From Lingula anatina (Eukaryota > Animalia > Brachiopoda), in assembly GCA_051362555.1 (NCBI GenBank), contig CM120645.1, positions 1,550,001-1,614,000 on the forward strand: a stretch of DNA of 64,000 bases. The letters run 5' to 3'. The notes under the pieces are model-generated. The model worked only from the letters and a program-made list of their open reading frames with translations. It searched no databases and had not been told where the DNA came from. Position numbers and translations under genes: made by a program. How positions within the stretch are numbered: position 1 is the first letter of the stretch; each line of letters begins with the position of its first letter. This document shows, in pieces, positions 15,001 to 29,792 of this stretch.

Positions 15001-18000
15001 GTACAAATATATTCAACACAAAAATATTTTATTGAAAACCCATCAACAATGCTGTCAAACTGACCTTGAACTTGGATATGACTTGATTCATGAGAGGCAG
15101 AAAGTCATACAACTCTTTGGCCTCCGCGTCTTTCAGCAGCTGCTCCATAGCCAGGGGGACGTAGGGGAGAATTTCACTCTCTAGACAGACCACCATGCGA
15201 TGCAGGTACTGGCGCACACCCGTCTGGAGCAGCTGGCGATGACACGGGGTGTTCAGCACATGCAGGAAGATCTGCAGTGTCTCTGTGAACGGTTCGACAC
15301 AGCTGCACTGTCGCATTGTTTGCTGGTTGGAGAAGGCTTTACTGGCACGACTGAAAACCACAACACAGAATTCGAGCTTTATTATTAGTAGGGCTGGAGA
15401 GTTACATAGGATTTTAACTTTCAGGTGTATTATTTTGTATAAAATCAAAATTTTACAAGTACAGTTATCAATATGTCTGGCCTTGAATCTTTTTGATCCT
15501 ATACTCCACAAATGAATATGCATTTTCAAGCTACTTTTAAAACAATTTTAATAAAGTAAAGTAAAGTAAAGTATTCTTTTGAAAATCCATCGTATATAAC
15601 CCACCTTGCAAAATTCATAGCATGGCTTAGAGACTGGGCAAAGCCAAACTGTTTTGTTTCATCCGTCTCTGCACACATTTTGGAGTAAATACTGTCAAAC
15701 TTGCTGACGATGGGGGCTAGAAGGGCCTTCATCAACTCTGCCTTTTTCTGAATAAACAATGAATCAAATAATGAATCTGCATCAAAAACTGTATAAATTG
15801 AGTAAATTAAATACTGCATCAGTTGTATAAAACAAGAAGGCAACTATTCTGAGATTCATGCCTACTTAAACAAATGTCCAAATGATCCCCTGTTGCTCTG
15901 CTGATTAAGAGTCATTCTAAGAAATTTTTCACATTCTTTGATAAATCCTTTTAATGAAATTAATTATAAGATGGCAAAAAGACACCACATGCTTCAAATC
16001 TCCCTTGGACTAAAACAATCTTTACATTAATCAAAAATATGCCTTATGTGCTTTAAGTTTTCAAGTTTTTTTAAGCATAAGAAAGATATAATTGATGATA
16101 TGAGTTAGGTAAAAAGTGGAGGGGAATACCATGCACTGCCCCCTATACTGACCTCTGGTGGGAAATAACCCGAGACTATCACTGTCCCGGCCGTCTCATA
16201 CATGAACAGCTTGTCCACACTGGTCAAGGAAATTTGCAGACCATTGTCTGGAGTGTTCAGGACCAGCAGATCAGCTATCCGGGTCAGGATCTCCTGGACA
16301 TTCTCATAGCTCTGGACATGTGCCCTAGATCATATTGATTCAAGTTGTTTTCTTTAATTCTGATTTTCTAACAGAGGTCTGTATCATAATGTTATAATAA
16401 TATACATTTTCAACAGATTAAAATAGAACAAAATACATAATTGTCAGATGATGAAAAGTGACAGTTGTTTTTTAAGATAACTGATTGTGTTAGTTGTGAC
16501 AGCTTACTGTGCTGGTTATGACATTTGCTCCAATCTTCACAAATTTCAATCAATCAACTATTACAGAATCAATTTTCCCGATGCAAGTATATTTTGTAGT
16601 ATGTTCGTTTAACAGTGCGCTGATAAATTAGATCAATAAGTACCTAATTCCCTTGATGAATCTAGAAAATAGATAGGATACTCTGCTCCTGACAGACTTG
16701 GACTTGTTGTGTAGACCTCTCTCATCCAAAAATGCAGTCTGCGTGGGGGGAAAAAAGAGAGTAGTTAACTTTATTTTTTATTCAAATTCACAAAAGAACC
16801 AGTTGTTTATGTCAAGTAATTTCATTATCAAGAATAAATGAATGTTTGTGGATTTCTGCTTCACAGAATGTTTACATATACATTACAAATCACATCTTTA
16901 AAAGATAATGATAAGTCTGACATGTTTCACTTTTAAGTTGCCAAGTAACTAACAGTAACATTGCACAAATATCAAATATATTTTTAAATACCACCAATGT
17001 GAAAGATTTCTTTAACTATACACATTTACAAAGTCAACAACTAAGAGGTCAGTAAATCTTACCAGTATTGCAGGGATATGCTGTGGCTCAGACAGGAAGA
17101 ATTTCTCATATCTGACGATGGTTTCAAACATCTGCAGGGTGACAGCTGTATGGGGGGTGTGACTTACACCACAGGTGACAAGCTGAAACCAGATTTCTAT
17201 CACTGAAATCCTCATCATCCTCATAAAATATGTATTAAAGAACTCAGCATCTTACTATTACACTTTTAAAGAATCAATCTGAGACTTTTTTATCTTGACA
17301 TAGCTAGCGTATTAACTAATCAAAGCTTAAGTTAAAAAAAAAAGATGATAAAACTTTAATTTTACACAGAAATCAGTTTCATTCTTTTTACTTTCCTACT
17401 TATTATCTAAATTCAACTGAGTACAGTAAACTGCTCACCAGTCTCATCATTTCTTGGAGCGCCGTGGTTTTGGACTGACTAGCATCTCTGAATTGCGGTC
17501 CCTGAGTGGGCTGAAAACAATTACCACATATTACAATAATACTTTGTGCTTTCACATCACACAGGAGGATGTAAACCTTCAAGACATCAATGTGATAAAG
17601 CAAAGCTTACAGTTAAACGATATAACTGCTAATATTGAGCCACCGTTAACGGTACAGACTGAAGTCTAAAGTTTTATCAGGCAATACCAACTCATATGTT
17701 TTTCTCTTTTTCTAACTCTAGAAAACACTGCAAACTTCATAAGATCAGTAAGTTTTTTACATCAACTTCCTAAGGTACAATAATTTATGTGTTTAAAACC
17801 TTAGTAAATATATCCCCAGGGCTTGATCATTCTATACTTACAGGGATAGTTTCTCCTAAAATGTACAACAGATAGATGGCGACCTCCACTTCCTGGTGCT
17901 CCATGTTCCTCCAGTTCTGAAGAGTGCTGGCTACTAAACTGTGAACTGCCGCCACTATCAGCTGGTTATCCTGAAACAAAAACGTATGAAAATAAAATTA

Positions 18001-21000
18001 TCTTGAAACAGACTGGCATGGCAACTGAGGAAAAGAGAGAAAGCTTTCTGCTGAAACTAAAAATTCCTGACCCCTGCCTTGCATGTCTTGTCAGAAAATC
18101 ATCACGTGATTTACTTCAACATTTTACTTTTTATTCAAATGCTGCATAGTTTCCTTAGATATTTAGCTTTATGTTAGATGAGATATAATGGAAAAGAGTG
18201 CATATAACTTCTTCCATTTTATCCAGTGTAAAATAAGTCCAAAGAATTTATAAATGAGAAAGATAACATATTAAACTTACCAGTTGAGCAAGATTATTGA
18301 AGATGGTTTTTAACTGTTTTCTGTATTCTTGAAACATTGCTTCTTCCTCTCCCTAAAAGATAAATGCATGTGACATTATTTGTTAAAATAGTTGAATAGA
18401 CACAAAGAATTATAATAATTTATGGGCTGTTCATAAGAGAGCGTATAGGAACTGTAAACACTGCTTCACTTTTTCTTTTACAATGGGACCTGCAATTTTC
18501 AGTTAAATTTAATGAAATTAATTAACAAGGAAAATCTGTTCTTATGTACATTTTAACAGCTTGTTGCTTGTAGTTCTTACCTCTTGATCAAAGTTGTATG
18601 ATTCATCATATTTCAATTTCTTCACAACAACAAACAGCAGTCCCTTAAAAATACATATTAATGATGCTATTTAAAAAGGGTTATTATTTGAGTGCACATG
18701 TAATTGACCTACAATTTTTAAAATAAACAACACTCTTTGCCTAAATCAGTTTTTCAAGCAGTTTATCAATGATGAAAAATCAAGCATTTCAGTATCATTG
18801 TTATAACAATTAATACTTAAGCAGTTTGGAGAAAATAATGCTTTCTTGAGTGGGCATCATGTTCACAGCAAACATAACCACATTTTGTTCATCAAAGTAA
18901 TCAAATTTATAATTGAATAAATGACAACAAAAACATCACAAAAACCATAACATGCTCACCTCAATATTCTGTCTCTGTTTTTCTGACAAAGTCTTCACTT
19001 GTTTCAACACGGAGATGTAGTCGTGTGCAAATGTTATTATGGCCCCGGACACATCATCGTCCTCGTCACCAAGGAAACGGAACATTAATGGCACCTTATG
19101 TTCAAAAGCTTGCATAGTGACATTAGAACTGGCACTATCCCCCGCCTTGACCAACCTGAATCAGGTGAAAAACATTCATTGCATTATTACAATCACTAAT
19201 ACACAGGATTAGATTCTAGGACTAGATTATATTCTGATGCTGGGACAGATTACACATCAAGCAATCAAAATGACTATCAAAAATAATTAGCAGTACTCCT
19301 TTTAAATAGTCTGTAGTAGATACATTTTCAACAATCTTTATTTTTGATGTTAATCACTAATAATAAAAATAAAAATAAAAATAAAAAAAAAGTGTCCCTC
19401 ACTTTTGCCAGGCCTGTATGAGCTGCAGACCCATCCCATTAACCAGCTTGGACAACTTGGCCACAAAATCTCCTTCCTCGTCCTGAAATATTATATATAA
19501 CAAAGCTCAATGTTTTCTTATCAAACCATGACAAATCTAAATTAGAGAAGTAAATATATGGGTACAAATGACAGGCTTTTTAACAAAGTTAATAAATGGC
19601 AAAATGGGGCTAAATAACAGATCTTCACAATTGTCAAAATTTTTCAGATAAATCTCATAATAACATAAAAGAAACCAAGAAGGGATAGCTTTACCAAACT
19701 AGGAAACCTGAAATGTCATTATCTAAGTATATTACCCCTTCTTTCCCTATGTAGATTCAAAGGATGGGAAATAAGTAAGAAGGATGACCCCCCCCCCTCC
19801 TCCCCCACCATGCATGTGCATTCACACACGCGAAGCGGTAGACTCTGTCAATATATACCTCTGTGGGGTGTATCACACCAGCACTATCCAGCACATTAGT
19901 AAAGGACTCTATCAACTTCGTCTTGGCTACTGGGTCCATGCCCTTACTGATGATCTCGTGAATACAGTCGCACGCACTCTCTCGCAGGAGGTTCATGCGC
20001 ATGAAACGAATTAGCACCTCCACAAACTTGTCATTGGCTATCATGTTAATGTCAATCCATGATACGTATTTCCCTATTATATCGAGGCAAAGACATACAG
20101 TCTCTGGGTTGGACGATTCGTAACCTGTCTGGAAAATAAAGTCCTAAATATTAAACCACACCTTCACTATATCAGAGCAGGGTACAACTATACACACAGT
20201 AGAGAAAACATATCTTCATTTTTCTTTCAATTTACTTATTATCTAATAATTTAATACATCATCTAGCTGTGCACTTACAATGTCCTCAATTTAAGGAACA
20301 TTTTTCTTTAAAAGAGAAAAACGTTATGTTCTAGGACAGATTGAGAAGCGTAAGTGAGCGTTAAAGGAGACAAACTTTCACAGGGGGCAGTGTGAACCCA
20401 CTTACAATGATCTGGTACCAGGAATCCACCAGCTGTGCCACACAGTCTACCCTCATGGTGTCCTTAATCATGGTGTTCCTCTCTGTCTCCTGAAATCATA
20501 AAAATAACACCAGTCACCTTTTTACAGCAATTATACAATGGAAATTCAATTCAAATATCACGTCACTTCATAAATGCTTTGTATTATTCCCATAATTGTC
20601 AAAGATATTTAGTCTTATGCCAGGTGAGATATCACAGTTGAAGATATCATATTGATCTGATAAGTGTGCTGTTTTAATATTAAGTACTTACTCCCTGTTA
20701 TCCTACTTTTACACCGTATAGTAATTCTAAAAGTAAGTTAATTGTGAAATTAAAAAAAAAAAGCGTCACTCTGTTTTAACATACATACCTGCTGTGTGTG
20801 GACAATATCTCTGTCAACCACCTCACTGTCGATTGCAACCAGAACCTTCAGGTACATATCCACAGCCAGAGGCCCCATGCTCAGCAATTGAAGTAAATCC
20901 TGGAAGAAGCTCGGCCAGCGCTGAGGATAGTCACAGACAAACGCCAAGGACAGAACCTGGGCAACCTTGTTACGCAGAAATGTTTTATTCTTTGTGGTGT

Positions 21001-23082
21001 CTTGGCTCTGGAATTGATGTATATACAATGTAGTAATGATTTTATGTGTAAAAAAATAGGCTCATAGAGGAGACTTATGATTTGAGGACAGTTTTATTTA
21101 AGTTTACCAAACTAATTTCCATGCAGAAATGTTTAATTTTTTGCAGTGTCTTGGCTCTAGAATTGATGTATACACAATGATGAAATGTGTACAAGACAAG
21201 TTCATTGAGGAGACTCCAGACTTAAAGACAGTATTTTAATTGAAGTTTACCCAACTAATTTCCACAATATCTTTGTGGTGTCTTGGCTAAGGAAATGATG
21301 AATATACAATGATTTCATGTAAACAAAATAAGTACATTGAGGAAACTCCTTTCTGAAGGCCATATTTGTACCCTTCTTAAAAAAATAATTTCCTCCATAA
21401 AGGTGTTCTCACCTGTAACTGCAGCACAGTCATCAGGAAGGTCTTGCACTCTTGTTGAACAACAGGGCTGGCGCTGCCATAGCTGCAACACATTAAGGGG
21501 ATGAGCTCAAAGAAGAACTTAAGCCCAAAAATAGGTACATTTTTTTAACTTTAAGGCCATAAAATGTTGTCAACTTCAGGGCAAGATGACATAATACTAG
21601 TTGTACCTTTGAATCAATTAAATGCTGGTTTTAGACTTTCTTAATATTAAACAGGCTGATATATCGTGGTTCAAAGAAGGCTTTAATCTTTGGACTGAAC
21701 GTTTAGATTAATTTCAAGCTTAAGTTGTTTTGTGAAAAAAAGAAACCTACCACTGGTTTATATAATGGATATATATCATTATATGAACTGCATATAACAT
21801 GATATTAAAACTGACAATAAATCAGTTATTTGTTACACAAAATTATATCAAAAGGGAGAGTTCATTTTTAATAAATAAAAAATTTGAGTACATATGTCAT
21901 ATGTAATATTAGAACTTCCAAATTCACAGATATCATTTTTTCTATTACACATTTAATATCTGAACATTATTCTAAATACAAATATGAAGGTTTACGCACC
22001 TTGTTTTCAGAAAATGTTCAATAACTTGATAACAAAAGAACTGAATGTGATCGTTGCTGAAAATAAAAATATATGTGTGAAACAGAAATCAAAATAAAAA
22101 GTAATCTGGATTAGATATTACAAACTTGCAAGATTAAAATCAATAAATAAAAAATTAATCTAACACATTTAATAATATCAACTTAAAGCTATTGTCTTTA
22201 TTCCACTTTTACTTCCTAGTAAACAATGTCAGAATTAAATACTGTGCTTCATATGTTAATCAATTAAAAATAATTCCCATATAACAAAACCAAAGTCATC
22301 AGGCAGATGCTAAGGTAAAATAAGAGTTTTTGAAAAAGAACAAATTTTATCTTCTACTGTGTCTGTGTATCATAAGAAAAAGAACAGACAGTCTTTAATG
22401 AAATGGTAACACATGTAGAGCACTTACCTGTGATATCTCCCGGAGGTCAGAGAAGCAGCACAAAGTCTCCAGCCATCTGCTGAGGCTTTCAGCTGCTCAA
22501 AATACTGCAACGTCTGGAAGGAATAGAGAGAATCCTGATGAAATTTTAGCATTTGAGTAAAATTTGACTTGAGAAATTTTATTAGTGCTTAGTTGGAGAA
22601 TTTCATCAGCAGTGTTTTTCACTCACTAGCAATAAATATTTTCTTCAAAACAGCAACTAAAATCTCAATTGCTTCCACTCTTATATTTCTGTGATATATT
22701 GATATGAAGGTATTGGTTGAGAGTAGAAATAACTCGGAGCTGATTTTAGAAAACTATTTGAAACTACATCAATATCATCAAGGAAAACTGAATTGAGACT
22801 TGCAAGTTGAATTTCAACTAGGGCTATAAAAGTGTATCTATTTTCTTCCTCTAAATCCGAAATGATTACACAAAAGTGTTGCATTTTTTTTTTTTTTTTG
22901 GTTTAGGAAGCAAATGTTTTTAAAAAGGCTTTTGAAAGTCAAGGTAACAAAGTATGTATAAAACCCTCAGTAGTCTATTTCATGTTGGAAATGGGTCAAC
23001 AACATGAAAGGAAACTTACGAGAGCCCTAGCGGCAGGATCGTTGACCTGGGGGTCCAGCCCTTGCAGCGCCACCTCCTCCAT
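12038..23082 (-). CDS. XPOT: Exportin-T (tRNA exportin), multi-exon
   Basis: Spliced N-terminus MEEVALQGLDPQVNDPAARAL|TLQYFEQLKASADGWRLCAASL (23020-23082, 22428-22513). Internal exons include FLRNKVAQVLSLAFVCDYPQRWPSFF, FLGDEDDDVSG and SRASKAFSNQQTMRQC...GVRQYLHRMVVCLESEILPY. The last exon reads AFFARFKS* (TGA 12038-12040). These match exportin-T as I recall it. Confidence 0.95.
20975..21350. repeat. Three degenerate tandem copies (~130-150 bp) of an XPOT intron/exon acceptor region
   Basis: gtgtcttggct...gaattgatgtata.acaatg recurs at ~20997, ~21146 and ~21278; the first copy is the real exon start (SQDTTK). Confidence 0.8.
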
Positions 23083-23893
23083 GACTGCCCCATACACTGC
23101 CCCACACACAGGATACCTGCTGGGATAACATACAATGTAAATATATATCATTTATGTATTACATATATCATTATTTCCCTAAAATAACTTACATGTTTAT
23201 GTCTCTCTATAAATGTCTCTATAAATGTCTCTATATGTCTCTTTATATGAATTACATGGAGAAGAAGCAAAGAATCCAAGCAGCAAGAACTGGGGTAGCA
23301 AAGAGGGCAGTGAAGCCAGCACAGCAGCAAAAGATAGAAGACAACGACAGAGGATGCCGACAAGCCTTATTAGCCCACCACGGCTCAAAGAGGATAAGTA
23401 AGTAAGACATTTAAGTATCCTGTTACCCCCTCTCCACACCACTCCAGCACCACAACCTCCCTCCACCATATACACAACTTGACACAAGTGCAGAAAAAAA
23501 AAGAAAAAAATTTAGAAGGATAATTAAAACCTACCGCCACCCTCCCACAATTTATCTCTGGCAATGTTGGTTAACAAATATATATAGGTTGTAAAGCAGA
23601 AACCAAAATTTAGAGTACTAACGAATGCACAAAACTTTGTGCTAATTGAAGGTCTTTGATCTCCAGTATCTAAACTTACTGTAAAACCAGCAATATGTTA
23701 TGACATCTAGTTCTGAATACTTGATAAAAATGGATGGAGTTACATAAAAAAAAAAAATAAACCACCCACATCATTAACCCGTCAAAGTATGTATGACAGG
23801 AGAACCCACCCCTCAAACAGGTCCGCCTCTAACATGAACATCTGCGCTTGCAAATACATTCCGAGTTATTTGCGTTTCCAACCTTTCAGTTAC

Positions 23894-24432
23894 CGTATCT
23901 TCATTGTCGGACTGCATCTAATTTAGAAAGTGTGATCGTACGAAATCTATCACTGCTTGTTCTGGCCTTTCTTAGCTCGCCTCATTTCACCGATTCACCA
24001 AGTCACGTTGTAAAACAGCCGACAACCGGTGCGATTAATTGTTGATTAAAGTCAGGTTTGCATGTCCGAATGATCTCTGGGTGAACACAATAAACAGATA
24101 TATGTTATCAAAAGCTCTCCAATGACGCACTAACCTTTAGTGTGTATATCTTCGCCTTAAATGCACATTGTTCGCATCAAAACATTACAGCCACGTTTCA
24201 TCAGCTGCGTAGGCTGCCATGACACTTTGAAGTCTCGTTTGGACGGGATTTTTAACAATTTCTCCAATTTTGTCTCCTTTATTATAAAAATGTCCATCTT
24301 TGATTAGAAATAAAAACAAAACTATATTTTTGTATGAATTAAAGTAAACTGTAGATTTTTTTGGCATTTTCTTAAAAAATGTAAATCTCGTTTTAGCGGA
24401 ACACACATCGGCCTTTTTCCTCGTGTAACAAG
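23894..24432. promoter_or_regulatory. Shared bidirectional promoter region of XPOT and RPL18A, with a TCT/5'TOP pyrimidine tract
   Basis: The polypyrimidine tract cctttttcctc at ~24411-24422 sits just before the RPL18A ATG (24433), as is typical of ribosomal protein genes. A minus-strand donor (CG|gtaact) at ~23894 fits a non-coding XPOT first exon. Confidence 0.6.
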
Positions 24433-27400
24433 ATGAAGGCTCGCGGTGAGGTTAGTGCTCCAAACTGCAACCCACATTATGACAAATAAAACTCTAAAAG
24501 TCACCGTGTTTATGCATTTTCATAAACAACAGATTAAAATGATGTAGTTAAACCCCTTTTTAAATTGTTCTCATAGCGATGAGTGAAGATAATTGAATTT
24601 TGTGAGAGCACGCTTATCCAAGATGGAGGATAGGGCTGAGAGCATGAGAAAGTGGCCCTGATGGAGTGAATAGCTTTGGGTATCGAAACATACCTGAATT
24701 ATGTTGGCGGTCAGATTACATAACGTAACAGATCAAGTTAATGGGTTACTTTTGAAGGAGTAATTCAACATGTTGATAATCACGTAGAGAGAATGAATCT
24801 CAGTCGGACGTGACAGTAATACAGCCCGGGAGCCACTGGCTGATTTGACGGTTATTTTGGAAAATATTAGATTTGGCCTCGTTTTCAAAACGTGGAGTGG
24901 TAGCCCCAAAAAAATTTGGCGGGAGACGAAGGCATAGAGACAGGTAAGTTGTACATGTGTTTGTGGAATGAACAGTAGATTTAAATACTAATGAATTTGA
25001 CGGGACAATACAGTATATGCTTAAGTTACATTTTATACACCGAATAAGTCTTCGTGTATCGATTTCACTGAGTATTCTCTAAAGTTACTGGCGATTAGCA
25101 AAATGGCCGCACACAAAACGTCATTGTAAACATTGACTTTTGAACTGTGCCAAATGCAGCTTAAGGGTTTTTTTCTTTATCTGTTCCTGTTTTTTCATAG
25201 TTTGGCAATATTTTTTGAACATATCAAATTTTTAAGATGTGCGATGGCCTGTAATTTGTAGAATTTCAACATTTCCAACAAGCTGTATATTCACCGTGCC
25301 GGGTACCTATCATTTAGTTGATCGAGTGATGGCAGTGGCTTTCTGGTCTCATGCATGGAATGAATGTCACCGTATAAGTGAAATGTTTGAATCTTGGCTT
25401 CTCATGCAATTTCTTCGTGTTTTAATGTGAAAAGGATGAAGTGGATTGCGAAATAACATTGTCATCCAACCTGCATACACGTATACGTATGTGCATATCG
25501 TGGTGTACCAGTACTTGTTTGCAAAGCGGTGGGGAGGGGGGGGGGCATTGGTACCAGTAGTTGTGAAAGATACAGTATTGTAAACTAACCATAGGCATGT
25601 TTTGAAATATATGAATCGTAAATTATGTCTTTTTTGCTGGGGGGGGGAGGGGGGGGGGTTAAATGTATCAATTGTGTTAATTTTTTTAGAAAAAAAACAT
25701 GTAAACACAAAATAAGTTTTATTGCATTGGTTGGGGGTTTTGAGGAGAAGAATGTCATAAAAATGCAAGTTTAAAAAAGGTGAATAATATATGTATGTGT
25801 GTATTTACATTGAATGAAACAGGCTCTTCAATGATGAGGGCATATGATAGTGATGTGGTGCTCTGACTTGTATGTGTTTTCTAATTTTTTCATGCCTTGA
25901 TTCAAATTGGGTTTTTGAATTATGATGGGTGTGCAACTTTGCCCAAAGTTCAGTTTCAAATGTTTTTTTAATAATCACTGTTATGAATTAAGAGCGCGTC
26001 CATGAGAAAGCCAGACAGATCGGTCAGAAGGCGGCAAGGTGGGGGTCAGCAGATTTTAATAATTTTTGGTGTGGTAAACCATCAACATGAAAGATATTTT
26101 GAGCCACTGGCTTTCCTATTTTGGATCATTAGTTTTAGAGATATAGGGGCAGATCTTTTATTGGCAATTTTGCCAAAATATAGCATTTTTTAGCTCTTCA
26201 AAAGTTATAATTTTAAATATTCTTTTAAAAAATCATGTACATCATAAGGAATTATCCATGTAAGCCACACGATAGGTTAAGGAAAGACCTTAAATACCCA
26301 GTACAGATTTTTCGAAAAGGCACTGTCATGACCACACAAGGTTGATTCTAATAAGGCATGTTTTCCGTATGCTTGACCCCCTCCCCTTCTTTAAATGCAC
26401 ACAACTTCTTTTTTGCAGGTTGTATCCATATAATTTTGGTATGTGCTGATAGAAAAGGGTTGAAAAAAAATTTTTGTGAAATAAAATCTGTGTTAAACCT
26501 TGTAAAATTAGAACTATAACAATTTTAAAAAGAGCCTAAAAATGAATATTTTTATACTACTTAAATGCTAAACTGTTTCTTCAACTAAATTAATAAATCA
26601 AAACCATGTATAGGTTTGTGAAAAGCCCTTAAAATAATCATGTTTGCACTGCAGACAAACTTATAAAGCAAAAATACATTTTTATGTACAGACACAGATG
26701 TGTCTGTACATATTGCCATCACCTGCGTCTGTCGTCGCCGATGGCGATGCCGATGGCGATGGCGATGGCGATGCCGGCGCCGTGCACTTTCCTTGTAAAC
26801 ACGATAAGTGGAGGGCAGTTTTACTTTTTGGCTTTATATTTACAGAGCTGATGAATATTCATAAAACGCAGGTCAAGTTCGAAAATCAGCATGATCGGGC
26901 CATTATTGTAGAAGTTATGCTGTTTTTTCACTTTTCAGCATATTTTTCACATTTCCTCAAATTCAATTCTTAGGCATGTTAACAGTCTCATTATTAAACT
27001 AATAAGATACGTAAAAGTGTTTGTTTGACATTTCCTGCATCTTTACAATATTGTTAGTTGATTTTGTAAAAATGATGGTAAACTTGTTATCATGTATTGT
27101 GTAATAAAGTTTCAAAAATGGAAATAAACTCATATCATTGCAGTTTGTCAGATTCAATCATTCACTATGTTCAGAATCTCAGAAGGGAAGAAATTGGACA
27201 TTTAACACTGCTCTGTTGATATTTTTCCCATCTCATCAATTTTCTTAGTTGATCATATAAAAATGGCAGTAAACTGTTAATTTTGTTTTATGTTAAAAAA
27301 TGTTGAAAATGGAAAAAAAAAACATTTCAGAATAGTGCTGTCTTGTTTACATTTTGGCATTTTCAAGTTGTGACTTTGAAGTTCCATGGGCCTGAAGACC

Positions 27401-29737
27401 TTTGCTAGTCACATTTTCTGAATATCCATGATACTAATATTTTATTATTAAAAATTGATGGTCATCATGCTGTTAAACATTATGTAATATTGCATCAAAA
27501 TTTGAAAAAAACCTATTTTGGGCACTGCTCCTATGATGACCATTTAAGGGAAATCATGTCACTTACTGTTCTCAAACAGTACAGTAAATATATATAGATG
27601 TGTCTGTACATATTGCCATCACCTGCGTCTGTCGTCGCCGTCGCCGTCGTTGCCGTGCACTTTCCTTGTAAACACGATAAGTGGAAGGCAGTTTTACTTT
27701 TTGGCTTTATATTTACAGAGCTGATGAATATTCATAAAATGCAGGTCAAGTTCGAAAATCAGCATGATCGGGCCATTATTGTAGAAGTTATGCTGTTTTT
27801 TCACTTTTCAGCATATATGCAACACTGTAAACACATTTCAACAAAAACCGATAGGCCTGTTGTCATGAAACTCACAGGAAAAATTGATCTTACTAAAACG
27901 CAGGTCAAGTTCAAAAATTGGCATGATCGGGCCACTATTTTAGTAGTTATGCCTTTTTTTCTTTTTTCAGCATATATGCAACACTGTAAACACAATATAA
28001 GAAAAACAGATAGGCCAATTGTCATTAAACTCACAGGAGTGGTTAATCCTGCTAAAACGCAGGTTAAGTTCAAAAATCAGCATAATCAGGCCATTAATTT
28101 AGAAGTAATGCTGTTTTTTACATTTCCTTAGATTCAATTCTTAGGCATGTTAACAGTTTCATTATTTAATTAATAAGATATGTAAAAGTGTTTTTTTGAC
28201 ATTTCCTGCATCTTTACAACATTGTTAGTTGATTTTGTAAAAATGATGTTAAACTTGTTATTGTGTATTGTGTAATAAAGTTTCAAAAATGGAAATAAAC
28301 TCATATCATTGCAGTTTGTCAGATTGAATCATTCACTATGTTCAGAATCTCAGAATGGAAGAAATTGGACATTTAACACTATTCTATTGATATTTTTCCC
28401 ATCTCATCAATTTTCTTAGTTGGTCATATAAAAATGGCAGTAAACTGTTAATTTTGTTTTATGTTAAAAAAGTGTTAAAAATGGAAATAAACCCATTTCA
28501 GAAAAGTGCTGTCTTGTTTACATTTTGGCATTTTCAAGTTGTGGCTTTGAAGTTCCATGGGCCTGAAGACCTTTGCTAGTCACATTTTCTGAATATCCAT
28601 GATACTAATATTTTATTCTTAAAAATTGATGGTCATTATGTTGTTAAACATTATGTAATATTGCATCAAAATTTGAAAAAAACCTATTTTGGGCACTGCT
28701 CCCATGATGACCATTTAAGAAAAACCATGTCACTTACTGTTCTCAAACAGTACAGTAAATATGTACAGATGTGTCTGTACATATTGCCATCACCTGCGTC
28801 TGTCGTCGCCGTCATCGCCGTTGCCGGCACCTTGCACTTTCATTGTAAACACGATAAGTGGAAGGCAGTTTTACTTTTGGGCTTTATATTTAAAGAGCTG
28901 ATGAATATTCATAAAACGCAGGTCAAGTTCGAAAATCAGCATGATTGGGCCATTATTGTAGAAGTTATGCTTTTTTCTTTCACTTTTCAACATATATGCA
29001 ACACTGTAAACACATTTCAAGGAAAACCAATAGGCCTGTTGTCGTGAAACTCTAAGGAGTAATCCATCTTACTAAAATGGAGGTCAAGTTCGAAAATCGG
29101 CATGCAGCCTGAGTTGGAAAAGCAGTCTAATTGGCTTCTTATTCTGGAAGTTATACATTTTCAAAGTGTGAACTTGAACTCTCATGGGCCTGAAGCCTTA
29201 TGCTTGTTACACATTTTACTTTCATTGGTATTACCTGTTGAGCATAATTAAAATTTGATGTTGAATTTACAGTTTAACATAATGTACTTTTGCATCAGAA
29301 TTGACAGTAGCCTATTTTGTGCATAGTAATTTCCTGCTTTTTGTCTGTACATTTGACAGCTTTGCTGCCTTGTTTTAATTTGTTTATGTTGTAGAAACTA
29401 AATGTAAAATAACAATGCTAACTCTGTGACCTAGTTTCAACATGGCGGGTACTAGGATTATCACCGAAGCAACTGTGGAGCAAAGCACATTGTCTTTACA
29501 GCGTGAAAACATAATGCTTTCTTAATTTTATGAAGAACACACACTAGAGATGCTTAGGTACATCTCAAAAGGATTGGTGTGCACCAGAATATCACAAGAA
29601 ATGACCATAGCAGCTGGTCGTCCTAAGAATGTAATGTTTATTATCTTGTTGAACCACTTCAGACTGTTGTCAGGCTTGGATTCCTCAATATATCCAGCTC
29701 ATCGATTTAGCTCAGGATGTTTGTTGTAAGGTAAGTG

Positions 29738-29792
<55 letters not shown>

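Noticed and set aside
24655-24700. Hammerhead ribozyme, RNase P/MRP or telomerase RNA in RPL18A intron 1
   Set aside because: CTGATGG...GAAAC does not match the CUGAUGA core and geometry, there are no CR-I/CR-V motifs of RNase P/MRP, and there is no CTAACCCT-type template.
26644-29047. Repeated ORFs [14 protein letters not shown]... as a gene family
   Set aside because: They are translations of the triplicated interspersed repeat, with frame-breaking indels between copies and no domain signal.
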